The notes beneath the pieces are model-generated. The model had not been told where the DNA came from and made no database searches. It saw only the letters and a program-made list of their open reading frames with translations. 55,360 nucleotides of DNA from Mycobacterium sp. (GTDB lineage: Bacteria; Actinomycetota; Actinomycetes; Mycobacteriales; Mycobacteriaceae). The stretch is from NCBI GenBank assembly GCA_029256565.1, contig JAQSXQ010000001.1:1-55360 (forward strand), written 5' to 3'. Below are positions 38,754-47,905 of the stretch, one piece after another; position 1 is the first letter of the stretch; each line of letters starts with the position of its first letter. Both the position numbers and the translations under genes were made by a program.

Positions 38754-39806
38754 GTGAGCTCCAGCGACGTCACGCCGGCCGGATACGCCGAGCTGCTCGA
38801 GCGCCTCAAGGACCGGGTCCGCACGAGCCAGGTGCGCGCTGCCCGGGCCGCGAACACCGAGCTCCTGCGGCTGTACTGGTCCATCGGGCGCGACATCCTC
38901 GACCGCCAGCAGGCCGCGGGATGGGGCGCAAAGGTCGTCGACCAGCTCGCCACCGACCTGCGCGCGGAGTTCCCCGACCAGCGCGGTTGGTCGCGCCGCA
39001 ACCTGCTCTACATGCGCGCCGTCGCCCAGGCCTGGCCCGACGAGGACGCGTTCGTGCAACAAGCTGTTGCACAACTGCCCTGGGGCCACGTCACCGTCTT
39101 ACTCACCCGCCTCGACGACCCGGCCCACCGTGACTGGTACGCCGCCCAGGCCGCCGAGCACGGCTGGTCCCGCGCCGTGCTCGAGAACCAGATCGCCTCC
39201 CACCTTCACCAGCGCATCGGCGCCGCACCCACGAACTTCACCACGCACCTGACCCCGGCCGACTCCGAGCTCGCCCAGCAGCTCGTGCGCGACCCCTACG
39301 TCTTCGACCACCTCGGCCTGACCGGTCGCGTCCACGAACGCGAGATGGAACAAGCCCTGATGGACAAGTTGCAGGACACCCTGCTCGAGTTCGGGCACGG
39401 CATGGCCTTCGTCGGCCGCCAGGTCCGCTTCACCGTCAACGGCGACGAACTCGTCATCGACCTGCTCCTCTTCCACGTCGACCAACTGCGCTACGTCGTG
39501 GTCGAACTCAAGATCGGCCAGTTCGACTCAGCACACGTTGGCCAGCTCGGCACCTACGTCGCCCTCGTCGACGACCGCCTGCGCAAGCCCGACCGCCACG
39601 CCCACACCGTCGGCATCCTCCTCGTCGCCGGCCGGAACGAAGCCATCGTCCGTTACGCCCTCGCCGGCGCACCCGCACCACTCGCCGTGGCCAACTACAC
39701 CTACGACAGCCTGCCCCCCGACGAACAGGCCGCACTCCCCCGCGCTGACGAACTCACCGCCATCTTCAAAGGCGGAGCCGCCGCAGAGCGCACAGACCAG
39801 AAGTAG
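38754..39806 (+). CDS. yhcG: YhcG/DUF1016 PD-(D/E)xK nuclease-domain protein
   Basis: LYWSIGRDI, WGAKVVDQL, LPWGH, RDPYVFD, IDLLLFH...VVVELK...GQL..Y. Confidence 0.92.
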   Translation: MSSSDVTPAGYAELLERLKDRVRTSQVRAARAANTELLRLYWSIGRDILDRQQAAGWGAKVVDQLATDLRAEFPDQRGWSRRNLLYMRAVAQAWPDEDAFVQQAVAQLPWGHVTVLLTRLDDPAHRDWYAAQAAEHGWSRAVLENQIASHLHQRIGAAPTNFTTHLTPADSELAQQLVRDPYVFDHLGLTGRVHEREMEQALMDKLQDTLLEFGHGMAFVGRQVRFTVNGDELVIDLLLFHVDQLRYVVVELKIGQFDSAHVGQLGTYVALVDDRLRKPDRHAHTVGILLVAGRNEAIVRYALAGAPAPLAVANYTYDSLPPDEQAALPRADELTAIFKGGAAAERTDQK

Positions 39807-39954
39807 AGGACGCGTCGACGCGACATCAGGCGCTCTGACAGTCACCGCCTTGGCGGGCCCACCATCCTGATGCAGTCAACGTCGAGTGTCAGAGGCAGCC
39901 GTGATGATGATGCCGGTGGAGGCCCTGCCCGGGCTCCGACGAGAGGAAGCCCGC

Positions 39955-40233
39955 ATGAAGGTCTATCCGACAGTCCACAACTCCCATGACTCGTACGGCC
40001 TGCCTGCGTACGACGTGCGCGGGCAGAAGCTGTACCCCACCGTTCACAACGGGCGTGACACGTACGGGCTGCCTGCCTACGAGATCCGCGGCGGCAAGGT
40101 CTATCCGACCGTTCACAATGCGGCGGACCAATACGGGCTCCCGGCGTTCGACCTCCGTGGGCAGAAGCTGTACCCGACGGTGCACAACTCGCGCCTCTCG
40201 TACGGGCTGCCCTCCTACGATCTGCGGGCGTAG
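39955..40233 (+). CDS. 92-aa protein built from four 23-aa tandem repeats
   Basis: K[VL]YPTVHNxxxxYGLP[AS][YF][DE]xRG four times. GAGAGG RBS. Repeats differ mostly at wobble positions. Confidence 0.8.
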   Translation: MKVYPTVHNSHDSYGLPAYDVRGQKLYPTVHNGRDTYGLPAYEIRGGKVYPTVHNAADQYGLPAFDLRGQKLYPTVHNSRLSYGLPSYDLRA

Positions 40234-40267
40234 GCGAGTACCCGGCGCCGACGACCGCTACCGGCAT

Positions 40268-43009
40268 CTACGCGGGGGGCCGAACCCTCGCACGCTTGGG
40301 TCTGCGGGCCACTGGCGACACTCCGCGGCGCGCCTTCAGCAGGGCCTCGTCTTTCGTGTTCTCGCGCACGACGAGCCTACTGAGGATCCGCTTCTGCGTC
40401 TCTGGCGTCCAGAAGATGCCGAGCCGCTTCCGTGCGCGCGTGATCGCCGTGTAGAAAATGCTGTGGGAGATCCGCTCCTCGTTGGCGTCCGTGATGACGA
40501 CCTTGACGGAGTCGTACTCGAGGCCCTGGGCCTTGTGGATCGACACGGCGTAGGCGATCTGGAACGGGATCAGCGTGTTGAGCTCGTCATCATCGTCGTC
40601 ACTGCTCGGGCGCTCGAAGACATCGAACTGGACGACCGACCCTTCGACCCAGCGGAGCTCGGTCCTTGCCACGGCGCCAAGGTCGATCTCCCGGTGGAGG
40701 TCGACGTCGAAGGTGATCCTGCCGGGCTGCCGGTCGATTGCGGTGATCGTGCCCTTCATGTTGTTGAAGATCACGGGCCGGAACCGCTCAGCCTCGTTGA
40801 ACAGCACGGGGTCGCCGATCTTGAAGGTCGACTCACCCCAGCTCACAGCACGGCTGGGGTTGCTCGCCTGGAGGAACCGGTTCACGTTGTTGATGCCGTA
40901 GAGCCCGTCGTAGTTCAGGCAGAGGACGATCTCGTCCTCGCTCTCGCGCTTGAAGAGCTCCTCCCCTAGCACCATTGAGTAGTTGTTCTTTGAGAGCGAC
41001 TCCTCGATGCGGTCGTCGAGGCTGCGCACCCTGTCCCACAGCGTGAGCAGGGCTTCGTCGTCGGTCCGGAACGGCCTAGTGAGTTCGAAGGTAGCCCCCT
41101 CCGGGACGTAGGAGCGAGCGAGGTTGAACCAGTTGCCGAACTGGATCGACTCGATCTGGTAGACGTCGCCGACGAGCACGAGGAGCTCGAACGTCGTGGA
41201 GCTGAGCACCTTCAGCAGGCTTCCGTTGTCGACGGTGCTGCACTCGTCGATGACCAGCACGTCATAGCTCGAACCGAAGTCCTCGCTGCTCTTGATGTGA
41301 CTGGTGATGGTGCTGAAGAAGCTGTTCGGAGCGTCCACTCGCCGCTTCAGGTTGTCGACCGCGGGGTTGGTGTGCGCAAGGAAGAGCTTGCTCTGGTCCA
41401 CGAAGTAGTTGGCGATGTGGTTCACCATCGTGGACTTGCCCGTGCCGGCGGCGCCGACGATGAGCGCGACCTTCGACTCTTCGAAGAGCGCCTTCAGAGC
41501 CTCCGCCTTCGAGGGGTCGTCGATCACTCTCGGGTTCGCGTCCAGCCATCGCTGCACGTCATCCGCATGTCCGTCGAGGCCCTCAACAGCGGTCTCCTGC
41601 AGCTTCTCGATAATCGCGACGGTGTCGTCCTCGTAGCCGACGATGAAGACGTGACCGTTCTCGTGCTTGAGTTTGCGGGGCGCGTGCCGGTCGGTCTGCG
41701 GGAGCAGGCGGTTGTGGCGCGCGATCAGGGCATCGATGTCGCCGAGGTCCTCGAGTTCCGCGACCGGTGTATAGATCGCACCGTGCTGCTCGACGCCGTT
41801 CCTGACGCGCCGCGCCAGGAGTTCGTGCTCCCGACCAGAGATGTCGAGGCTCTCTGCGAGGTCCCCGAAGTGTGGCACGTGACCCCTCGGCGACGTGCAG
41901 AACGGCATCGTGTCGAACGGACGGCTCATCGACGTCAGACACAAGTCCGACAACCAGCGGTTCGGGGTGGAGTCGTACTGCCCCTTGATCACCCGATTGC
42001 GCATCTGGAGCAGCAGGTACCGCAGGATGCGCGAACCCGGGCGGTTGGCAGGGATGTGCCTGCGAGCCTCATCGAGCGTCGGGAAGATCTGCGCCGTCTG
42101 TCGTGAACTTGACAGCGCCCAGTTACGGATCCGCGCGTAGCTCTCGTCGGTCATGTCGACGAGGTCCAGGAGGCTCGAGCGGGTCCTGGTGAGGTACTCC
42201 ATCAGCCTGCGATACTCGCCGTGGCTCGACCGCACCTTTGAGATGCGGTTGAAGAACAGTGCGAAGTTGTCGAACTCGCACGGTCGGATCGATACCTCCC
42301 ATGTGCGGATGATCAGGATCGGCATGGTCTGGCCGAGCACCGTGATCGACTCGCTCGACAGATCCAGGTAGGCCGCGTACTTGTCGGTCAGGTCGATGTC
42401 GGTGAACGCGATCGTCCGGTCGAACTTGCTTGTCCAGTTGTGGGCCGGCGAGAAGGTCACCTCGTAGTAGATCCGACCGTCGACGAAGAAGGGGCGCGAA
42501 CTGTGGACGTAGTAGCGCTCGCGACGGGGCTCCGTCGGTGTCACTCGCGCCGCCTCGATCCGCGCGGCGATCTTCTCGTGGTACTCGCGAAGTGACGGGT
42601 CGAGATCCACGGGAAAGTCCTCGAGGTTGCCGAGGATCGCGATGCCGAACTCCCTCAGAGCGAGATCGCGGGTGCGTAGCAGGTACTCGAAGTACTTGAG
42701 CATTAGCCGCTCTGATGGGTCGCGATCCAGCGTGTAGTGCGAGGCGCTGGCCTGCAGCATGCCGTGGAACCTACTCAGCACGCGGAACTTCGACACCGCC
42801 TTGACGGCGTCCAACGCAGGTCCGACCTGGTTGTAGTGGAACTCGGCGGAACCATCGTTGAGGTGTGCCCAGACGATGAGCCCTTCGACGAGGTTCCGAA
42901 GTTGGGCGAGCACGTTCTGGGAGAGGAAGCCACGGTCACCAGGTGAACTGGCGATGTTCTGGCAGATGACGGTGTCCGCGCTCCGAACCTGTCGCTCCAC
43001 TGACGCCAT
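40268..43009 (-). CDS. SF1B RecD-like DNA helicase with a long uncharacterised N-terminal region
   Basis: GAAGTGKS, VIDECS, VGDVYQIESI, YAVSIHKAQGLEYD, YTAITRARK. Confidence 0.88.
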   Translation of the reverse strand: MASVERQVRSADTVICQNIASSPGDRGFLSQNVLAQLRNLVEGLIVWAHLNDGSAEFHYNQVGPALDAVKAVSKFRVLSRFHGMLQASASHYTLDRDPSERLMLKYFEYLLRTRDLALREFGIAILGNLEDFPVDLDPSLREYHEKIAARIEAARVTPTEPRRERYYVHSSRPFFVDGRIYYEVTFSPAHNWTSKFDRTIAFTDIDLTDKYAAYLDLSSESITVLGQTMPILIIRTWEVSIRPCEFDNFALFFNRISKVRSSHGEYRRLMEYLTRTRSSLLDLVDMTDESYARIRNWALSSSRQTAQIFPTLDEARRHIPANRPGSRILRYLLLQMRNRVIKGQYDSTPNRWLSDLCLTSMSRPFDTMPFCTSPRGHVPHFGDLAESLDISGREHELLARRVRNGVEQHGAIYTPVAELEDLGDIDALIARHNRLLPQTDRHAPRKLKHENGHVFIVGYEDDTVAIIEKLQETAVEGLDGHADDVQRWLDANPRVIDDPSKAEALKALFEESKVALIVGAAGTGKSTMVNHIANYFVDQSKLFLAHTNPAVDNLKRRVDAPNSFFSTITSHIKSSEDFGSSYDVLVIDECSTVDNGSLLKVLSSTTFELLVLVGDVYQIESIQFGNWFNLARSYVPEGATFELTRPFRTDDEALLTLWDRVRSLDDRIEESLSKNNYSMVLGEELFKRESEDEIVLCLNYDGLYGINNVNRFLQASNPSRAVSWGESTFKIGDPVLFNEAERFRPVIFNNMKGTITAIDRQPGRITFDVDLHREIDLGAVARTELRWVEGSVVQFDVFERPSSDDDDDELNTLIPFQIAYAVSIHKAQGLEYDSVKVVITDANEERISHSIFYTAITRARKRLGIFWTPETQKRILSRLVVRENTKDEALLKARRGVSPVARRPKRARVRPPA

Positions 43010-43050
43010 CGCTCAACCTTATTCCGAACGTCAAACGCTCAAACTTGCCC

Positions 43051-44079
43051 TCAACGCTCAAGCCCTGGGGGGCCGACCGGTCGAGTGATGGAGGACACGG
43101 GACACGCCTGAGGCGTCGGGAAGCTCGCACGCGCACGTCGAGCCGCGTCCGCCGCCTGACGGTCGACCAGGGAGCCGTTCGGACCGCTCACCTGGTCCAC
43201 CTCGGTGACGCGCGGGCGGTCGCTCGCGGGTGTCCAGTAACGACGGAAGCTCGCGATGTTGCTGCACTCCTGCGCAACGAGCTCGGCAGACTCCTGGGAG
43301 ATGGCGCGGGACCCCTCCCCCGCGTACACGCTGCGCGCGTAGTCCTCGGGGACCCACCGACCGCCGTGGCGATGCTCGGGGTCTCCCCGGAGCGCCAGGG
43401 TGTAGTCGTCGCGCCAGCGTTGGGCGATCCTGGCGGCCGAGACGTCGTAGGGCACCTCGACGTCGACGACGTCGACGCGGTAGCCGGCGCGCTCGAGCTG
43501 GTGCCCGAGTTCGACGGCGGCGTCCGGCTTGGACAGGACGGAGTCGATGACGACGTTGGCGCCGGCGCGGATCGCTTCCTCGCGCACGATCTTGGCCAGC
43601 GCGGAGGACTCTTCGTGCACGAGGGCGGCGAAGTCGAGCGGGAAGAACCGCTCCCCCTGGGCCTCGAGCTCGCGCACCGCGGGCGGCTTGATGAACGTCT
43701 CGTAGGACCCGTCGGCCGTGGCAGCGTCCAGGAGCTGGGTCTTGATGTCGTCGGGGTCGACCTCGAGCCACCGGCGCCGGCTTTCGCTGCCGGGCTTCCC
43801 GATCAGCTCTCCCAGGATGCGCGACTTGCCGGCGCCGGGCGGCCCGGCGAGCACGATCGCGCGCTTGTCGTGCGCGACCTCGTTCTCCATCGTGGCGCGT
43901 AAGCGACCGAGGATCTGCTGGTGCAGCTCCTCGCGCATCGGGGTCGGCATCCCGGGGGTGAAGAACCAGGCCGGGTTCGCGATCGTGGCGTGCGGGCTCT
44001 CGCGCGACAGCGGCGCGCCAGGTGCCGACAAGGCCCGGACAGTCTGAGCATGGCGGTCAACTTCGGCGGCCGTCGTCAC
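43051..44079 (-). CDS. Zeta-toxin family P-loop kinase
   Basis: LAGPPGAGKS, VDPDDIK, VHEESS, NVVIDS, GGRWVP. Confidence 0.85.
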   Translation of the reverse strand: MTTAAEVDRHAQTVRALSAPGAPLSRESPHATIANPAWFFTPGMPTPMREELHQQILGRLRATMENEVAHDKRAIVLAGPPGAGKSRILGELIGKPGSESRRRWLEVDPDDIKTQLLDAATADGSYETFIKPPAVRELEAQGERFFPLDFAALVHEESSALAKIVREEAIRAGANVVIDSVLSKPDAAVELGHQLERAGYRVDVVDVEVPYDVSAARIAQRWRDDYTLALRGDPEHRHGGRWVPEDYARSVYAGEGSRAISQESAELVAQECSNIASFRRYWTPASDRPRVTEVDQVSGPNGSLVDRQAADAARRARASFPTPQACPVSSITRPVGPPGLER

Positions 44080-44090
44080 GGCCTGGGAGC

Positions 44091-44543
44091 CTAGTTCGTC
44101 TGGTGCGCCTGGCCCACCGCGACATACATGTCCTGGTCGATCAGGCCCTCGCGGTAGGCGCGCACGACCTCCTCGAGCGTGTGCGTCCCGCGCGCGTCGA
44201 CGACCAGGGCGTCGTACCCGTCGCTGCGCGCGATCGGGTCGTACGGCCAGCGTACGAGCTCCTCCAGCGCGCGGTCGCGGTCGAGCTCCCCCGCGGCGTA
44301 CCGCTGGGCGATCTCGTACGGGCTCGCCCCGGAGAACCCGGGCCGGACGTCGTCCACGGCCCGCGCGGTCTTGAGCGCCTGGCTCACCGCGGACTGCGTC
44401 ACGTGCAGCTCGGCGGCGAGCTCGCTCTGCGTCATCGTCGTCGCCAGCGCGCGCAACGTCCGCTGGTAGGACAGCTCGGTGACCGAGCGCCGGCTACGCA
44501 GCCGGCGCAGCTCCTCCACCGTGGGCTGATCGATGGTCGACAT
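44091..44543 (-). CDS. HTH protein, probable antitoxin of the zeta toxin
   Basis: MTQSELAAELHVTQSAVSQALK. 11 nt upstream of the toxin, same strand. Confidence 0.7.
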   Translation of the reverse strand: MSTIDQPTVEELRRLRSRRSVTELSYQRTLRALATTMTQSELAAELHVTQSAVSQALKTARAVDDVRPGFSGASPYEIAQRYAAGELDRDRALEELVRWPYDPIARSDGYDALVVDARGTHTLEEVVRAYREGLIDQDMYVAVGQAHQTN

Positions 44544-44587
44544 GCTCACCACCTCCATTCATTAGACATCTTATACCGCGTGGTTCA

Positions 44588-45019
44588 TCAGGGCTCGCGC
44601 AGCGTCACCACGTCGCCGGCGGCGACGTCGGCCAGGGCTCCGGCTGGTACCTCGAGCAGCGCGGTCACTGGGCCCGGTGCGGTCGACCGTGGGCAGGTCG
44701 TCTGATCGACCTCGGTGCACGGGTCGAGCGTCGCGACGCCGATCACGCGGTCGCCGTCGATCCAGGCGACGTCGATCGGGACTTGCATGCCGGCCATCCA
44801 CATCTGGTGCTCGGCGCGCTCTGCGAACGGGAACAGCATCCCGGTACCGGCTGGGATCTCCTCGCGGCCGGCCAGACCCTCCTTCTGCTCGTTGGCGGTG
44901 TCCGCGAGCTCCACGGCGAACGCCTCTCCCCCGACCTCGACCGTGGCCTCGGCCCGCGGCGAGCTGCACGCGGCGACGACGACGACGGCCAGGACGGCGA
45001 GGCCGCGGCGCGGGTTCAT
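44588..45019 (-). CDS. DUF192-family lipoprotein
   Basis: Lipobox VAAC, VELADT..EQ..GL, GMLF, MWM.GM..PIDVAWID, LEVPAG. Confidence 0.85.
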   Translation of the reverse strand: MNPRRGLAVLAVVVVAACSSPRAEATVEVGGEAFAVELADTANEQKEGLAGREEIPAGTGMLFPFAERAEHQMWMAGMQVPIDVAWIDGDRVIGVATLDPCTEVDQTTCPRSTAPGPVTALLEVPAGALADVAAGDVVTLREP

Positions 45020-45798
45020 CTGCCGTAGTCCCTGCCGGGTGCGCCAGGTGCAGCCCGGCTGACGCGCGCCACGGCCGGTCCGGTGGCGGACGGCCGGGCG
45101 GTGGACGGCGGTCGGGAGGCGGCGACCACGCGCAGGGCATCGTTCACGTGGTCGTCGATCGCGCCGGCCTTGGTGGTGATGCGCACGAACATGGCGCGCA
45201 GCGGGCCGCGGTCTCCCGTGCGGGCCAGGCGGGAGGCCTGGTCGTTCTCGGACTCGTATCCGGGCTGGCCGAGCGTCACCTTGGTCCAGTCCAGGCGGTG
45301 GCCGGACTCGCGGGCCAGGGCGGTGATGAACTCGCGCTGGACGCGCCCGTTGCCCTCCCGGAAGGGGTGGGTCTGGTTGACGACGTCGTAGACGCTGGCG
45401 AGCGCGCCCGGCACGGCGCTCGGGTCGAGGGTGCGCAGGTTGTCGGTGTCGCGCAGGTAGGTCGCGACGACGTCCATCGCGTCCTCGATCCGGTCCAGCG
45501 GCGCGAACCAGCCGTCTCGGCTCTTGCGGATCGACACCGTGCGCACGTCCCCGGCCCAGTCGTACACGTCCTGGAACAGGTGCCGGTGGATCGCCCGCAG
45601 CCCGGCGAGGTCGTAGGTCGCGGGTAGCCCGTGCTCGCGCAGGGTCAGCGCCCGGGCCTCGACGCGCCGGTCCTCGCGCTCGCGCAGCATCTCGGGTGTG
45701 GTGGCGCCGACGCGGTTGCGCGGGGTGCGCCCGTCGGCGAGTAGGTACCCGTCCCAGCGGGCGCGCTCGTCGCCGCTCTCCCAGGGGCGTTCGGTCAA
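45016..45798 (-). CDS. fic: Fic-domain toxin (AMPylase)
   Basis: Intact HPFREGNGRVQR motif, IHRHLFQDVYDWAG. TTG start overlaps the antitoxin stop. Confidence 0.92.
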   Translation of the reverse strand: MTERPWESGDERARWDGYLLADGRTPRNRVGATTPEMLREREDRRVEARALTLREHGLPATYDLAGLRAIHRHLFQDVYDWAGDVRTVSIRKSRDGWFAPLDRIEDAMDVVATYLRDTDNLRTLDPSAVPGALASVYDVVNQTHPFREGNGRVQREFITALARESGHRLDWTKVTLGQPGYESENDQASRLARTGDRGPLRAMFVRITTKAGAIDDHVNDALRVVAASRPPSTARPSATGPAVARVSRAAPGAPGRDYGR

Positions 45799-45995
45799 GG
45801 GCTGGCTCCGTCCTGGTCGCTGTCGAGCGCGATCGTCTGTCGCATCAGTTCCTCGGCGTCGATCTCGCCGCGGACGTACTTGTCCTGGATCGCGCGGGCG
45901 GCGTCGCTGGTGCGTCCGCCCTCGAGCTGGGTGCTGTGTCGGATGCGCTGGGCATCGTCGGCGCGCTGGGCGCGCTCCTCGTCGCTGATCGGCAT
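45795..45995 (-). CDS. vbhA: VbhA-family antitoxin
   Basis: Inhibitory motif STQLEG (S/TxxxEG) and YVRGEI. Directly upstream of fic. Confidence 0.85.
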   Translation of the reverse strand: MPISDEERAQRADDAQRIRHSTQLEGGRTSDAARAIQDKYVRGEIDAEELMRQTIALDSDQDGASP

Positions 45996-46048
45996 GCTCT
46001 TCCTCCCGGTCCTGGCGCATGCCAACCTAGCCGGGCCCAGATGCCAGC

Positions 46049-47071
46049 TCAGGTGGTGCCGCGCGCGGCGGCCGCGGCGATCGCGAGCTCGCCGGCGATC
46101 ACCCCGAGGTCGGTGTGCGGGGCCAGTCGGGCGTGCAGCTGCGTCCCGACGCGCGACAGCGGCACGTCCGGGATACGCGCGACGAGCGCGGCCGCAGCCC
46201 GCACGGCATTCACACGGCCCTCGACGGTCGTCAGGTCATGGCGCGACAGGACGACGTCGACCACGACGGACACCAGGCTCTGGGGCTGGGCCAGGCGCTC
46301 GACGAGGGCCTGGCCGTGACCGTCCTGGATGAGCTGGGCGGGGTCGGTCCCGTCGGGCAGGACCAGGGCGCCGGCGGTGCCGGCTTCGTCGTCGGTGAGC
46401 AGGTCCCATGCGCGCACGGCGGCCGCCTGGCCGGCAGGGTCGGCGTCGAACGCGAACACCGCTAAGGCGGCCGCGTCGGCGTGGATCGCGCGCACGCGCT
46501 CGAGGTGGGTCGCGGTGAGCGCGGTGCCGCAACCTGACAGCGGCACGACGGGCGACCCGGTGCGGCGGATGGCCTCGACGTCCAGGGCTCCCTCGACGAA
46601 AACGACCCGCGCGCCGGCCTGGATGCGGCGCACCGCGGCCGGGTCGATGCCGTACAGGTCCCGGGACTTGTCGAACGCGAGCGTCGTCGTGGTGTTGAGG
46701 TACTTCGCCGGGGCGTCGTCGACGTCGTCGGTTGCGGGGTTGCGGCGCGCGGTGAACCCGACGATCGCGCCCGTCTCGTCGCGGTAGGGCAGGACCAGGC
46801 GGTCACGGAACACGTCCCCCACTCCCCCACCCTCGGTGCGGAACGCGAGGCCGGCGGCCACGAGCTCGTCCGCGCCGTACCCACGGCCGCGCATACGCCC
46901 CACAAGCCGGGCCCAGCCCTCGGGCGCGTACCCGGCCTGCAAGCCGCGCAGCCCGCGCCGGGCGAGGTAACCCCTCGTCCAGTCGTCCGCGCTGTTCGCG
47001 TGGAAGCGCCAGAACTCCCACGCCGCCGCGTTGATCGCCACGACCCGCTCACGGGTGAGCTCGACGGTCAT
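46049..47071 (-). CDS. DnaG-type primase catalytic core (TOPRIM) without a Zn-binding domain
   Basis: FRDRLVLP, KYLNT, VEGALDV, GTALT, FDADPAGQAA, DP. Confidence 0.88.
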   Translation of the reverse strand: MTVELTRERVVAINAAAWEFWRFHANSADDWTRGYLARRGLRGLQAGYAPEGWARLVGRMRGRGYGADELVAAGLAFRTEGGGVGDVFRDRLVLPYRDETGAIVGFTARRNPATDDVDDAPAKYLNTTTTLAFDKSRDLYGIDPAAVRRIQAGARVVFVEGALDVEAIRRTGSPVVPLSGCGTALTATHLERVRAIHADAAALAVFAFDADPAGQAAAVRAWDLLTDDEAGTAGALVLPDGTDPAQLIQDGHGQALVERLAQPQSLVSVVVDVVLSRHDLTTVEGRVNAVRAAAALVARIPDVPLSRVGTQLHARLAPHTDLGVIAGELAIAAAAARGTT

Positions 47072-47072
47072 C

Positions 47073-47324
47073 TCAGGCCTCCTGGCGGGCCGCGAGGGCG
47101 GTGATCCGGTCGGGCCTGAAGCCGGCCCATGACTCCTCGCCCGCGACGACGACCGGCGCCTGGAGGTACCCCAGCGCGCGCACCCGCTCGAGCGCGTCGA
47201 CGTCGTCGGAGATGTCCACCACGGTGTACTCGATCCCCTTCCTGTCGAGCGCCCGGTAGGTCGCGTCGCACTGGACGCACGCCGGCTTGCTGTACACGGT
47301 GACCTTGTCCTGCTGGCTGGTCAT
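47073..47324 (-). CDS. nrdH: Glutaredoxin-like NrdH
   Basis: VTVYSKPACVQCDATYRAL, GYLQAPVV, WAGFRPDRI. Confidence 0.92.
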   Translation of the reverse strand: MTSQQDKVTVYSKPACVQCDATYRALDRKGIEYTVVDISDDVDALERVRALGYLQAPVVVAGEESWAGFRPDRITALAARQEA

Positions 47325-47343
47325 GATGCCTCCCCCACGTCGT

Positions 47344-47580
47344 TTTTCGGACCGTCCCTGCAAGCGGAGCGTTTGGCCGGTAGCCGTCCCAGGACGCACC
47401 CGCAGGGCGCGAGCAACGCGAGCGAGTCGGGCTGCCCGTGCGTGTGGAAACTCCTCGGCGGGCTCAACGAGCGCAGCGAGTTCAGCCGGGGAGTTACCAC
47501 ACGGGCGGGCCGTAGCGCAGCGGAGCCGACTTGCGCCCTGGGACGGCCGGCCACAGTCGGAGCCAGGGACGGACCGAAGA
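47344..47580 (+). promoter_or_regulatory. Long imperfect stem-loop (ssi/Frpo/sso-like)
   Basis: Nested IRs: CCGTCCCTG/CAGGGACGG, TGGCCGG/CCGGCCA, GCCGTCCCAGG/CCTGGGACGGC, GTGTGG/CCACAC. Central GAGCGCAGCGA. Confidence 0.65.
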
Positions 47581-47905
47581 CTCAGAACGCTCGACAGCCG
47601 CTGCCCGCAGGGCTGCGCCAGGTCGTGCCCGGCGCTTCGTTGTCGGCCACCGACGAAGGCACGTCAGTCCGCTGGCATGCGCCAGCACACGCTGCAAAAC
47701 GGTCGCCGTTCGATTCGCTCGCCCTGGCCTACAACGAGCTCGTGGTGCTCGACGAGCGCGAGGTGATGCGCCCCGCGTACGCGACAGAGCCAACCGCCGA
47801 GGCGGTAGTGCCACCGTGCGCGAAGTGTTGTCCTCATCAGTCCATTTCCCCCTTGGCCGCGAGATCGGGCATTGTGACGGTAGCTGCGAGGTGTGACATC
47901 CGTGG

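Noticed and set aside
39955-40233. 69-bp periodic repeats as a CRISPR array
   Set aside because: The units vary mainly at synonymous positions and keep the reading frame, there are no unique spacers, and no cas genes are present.
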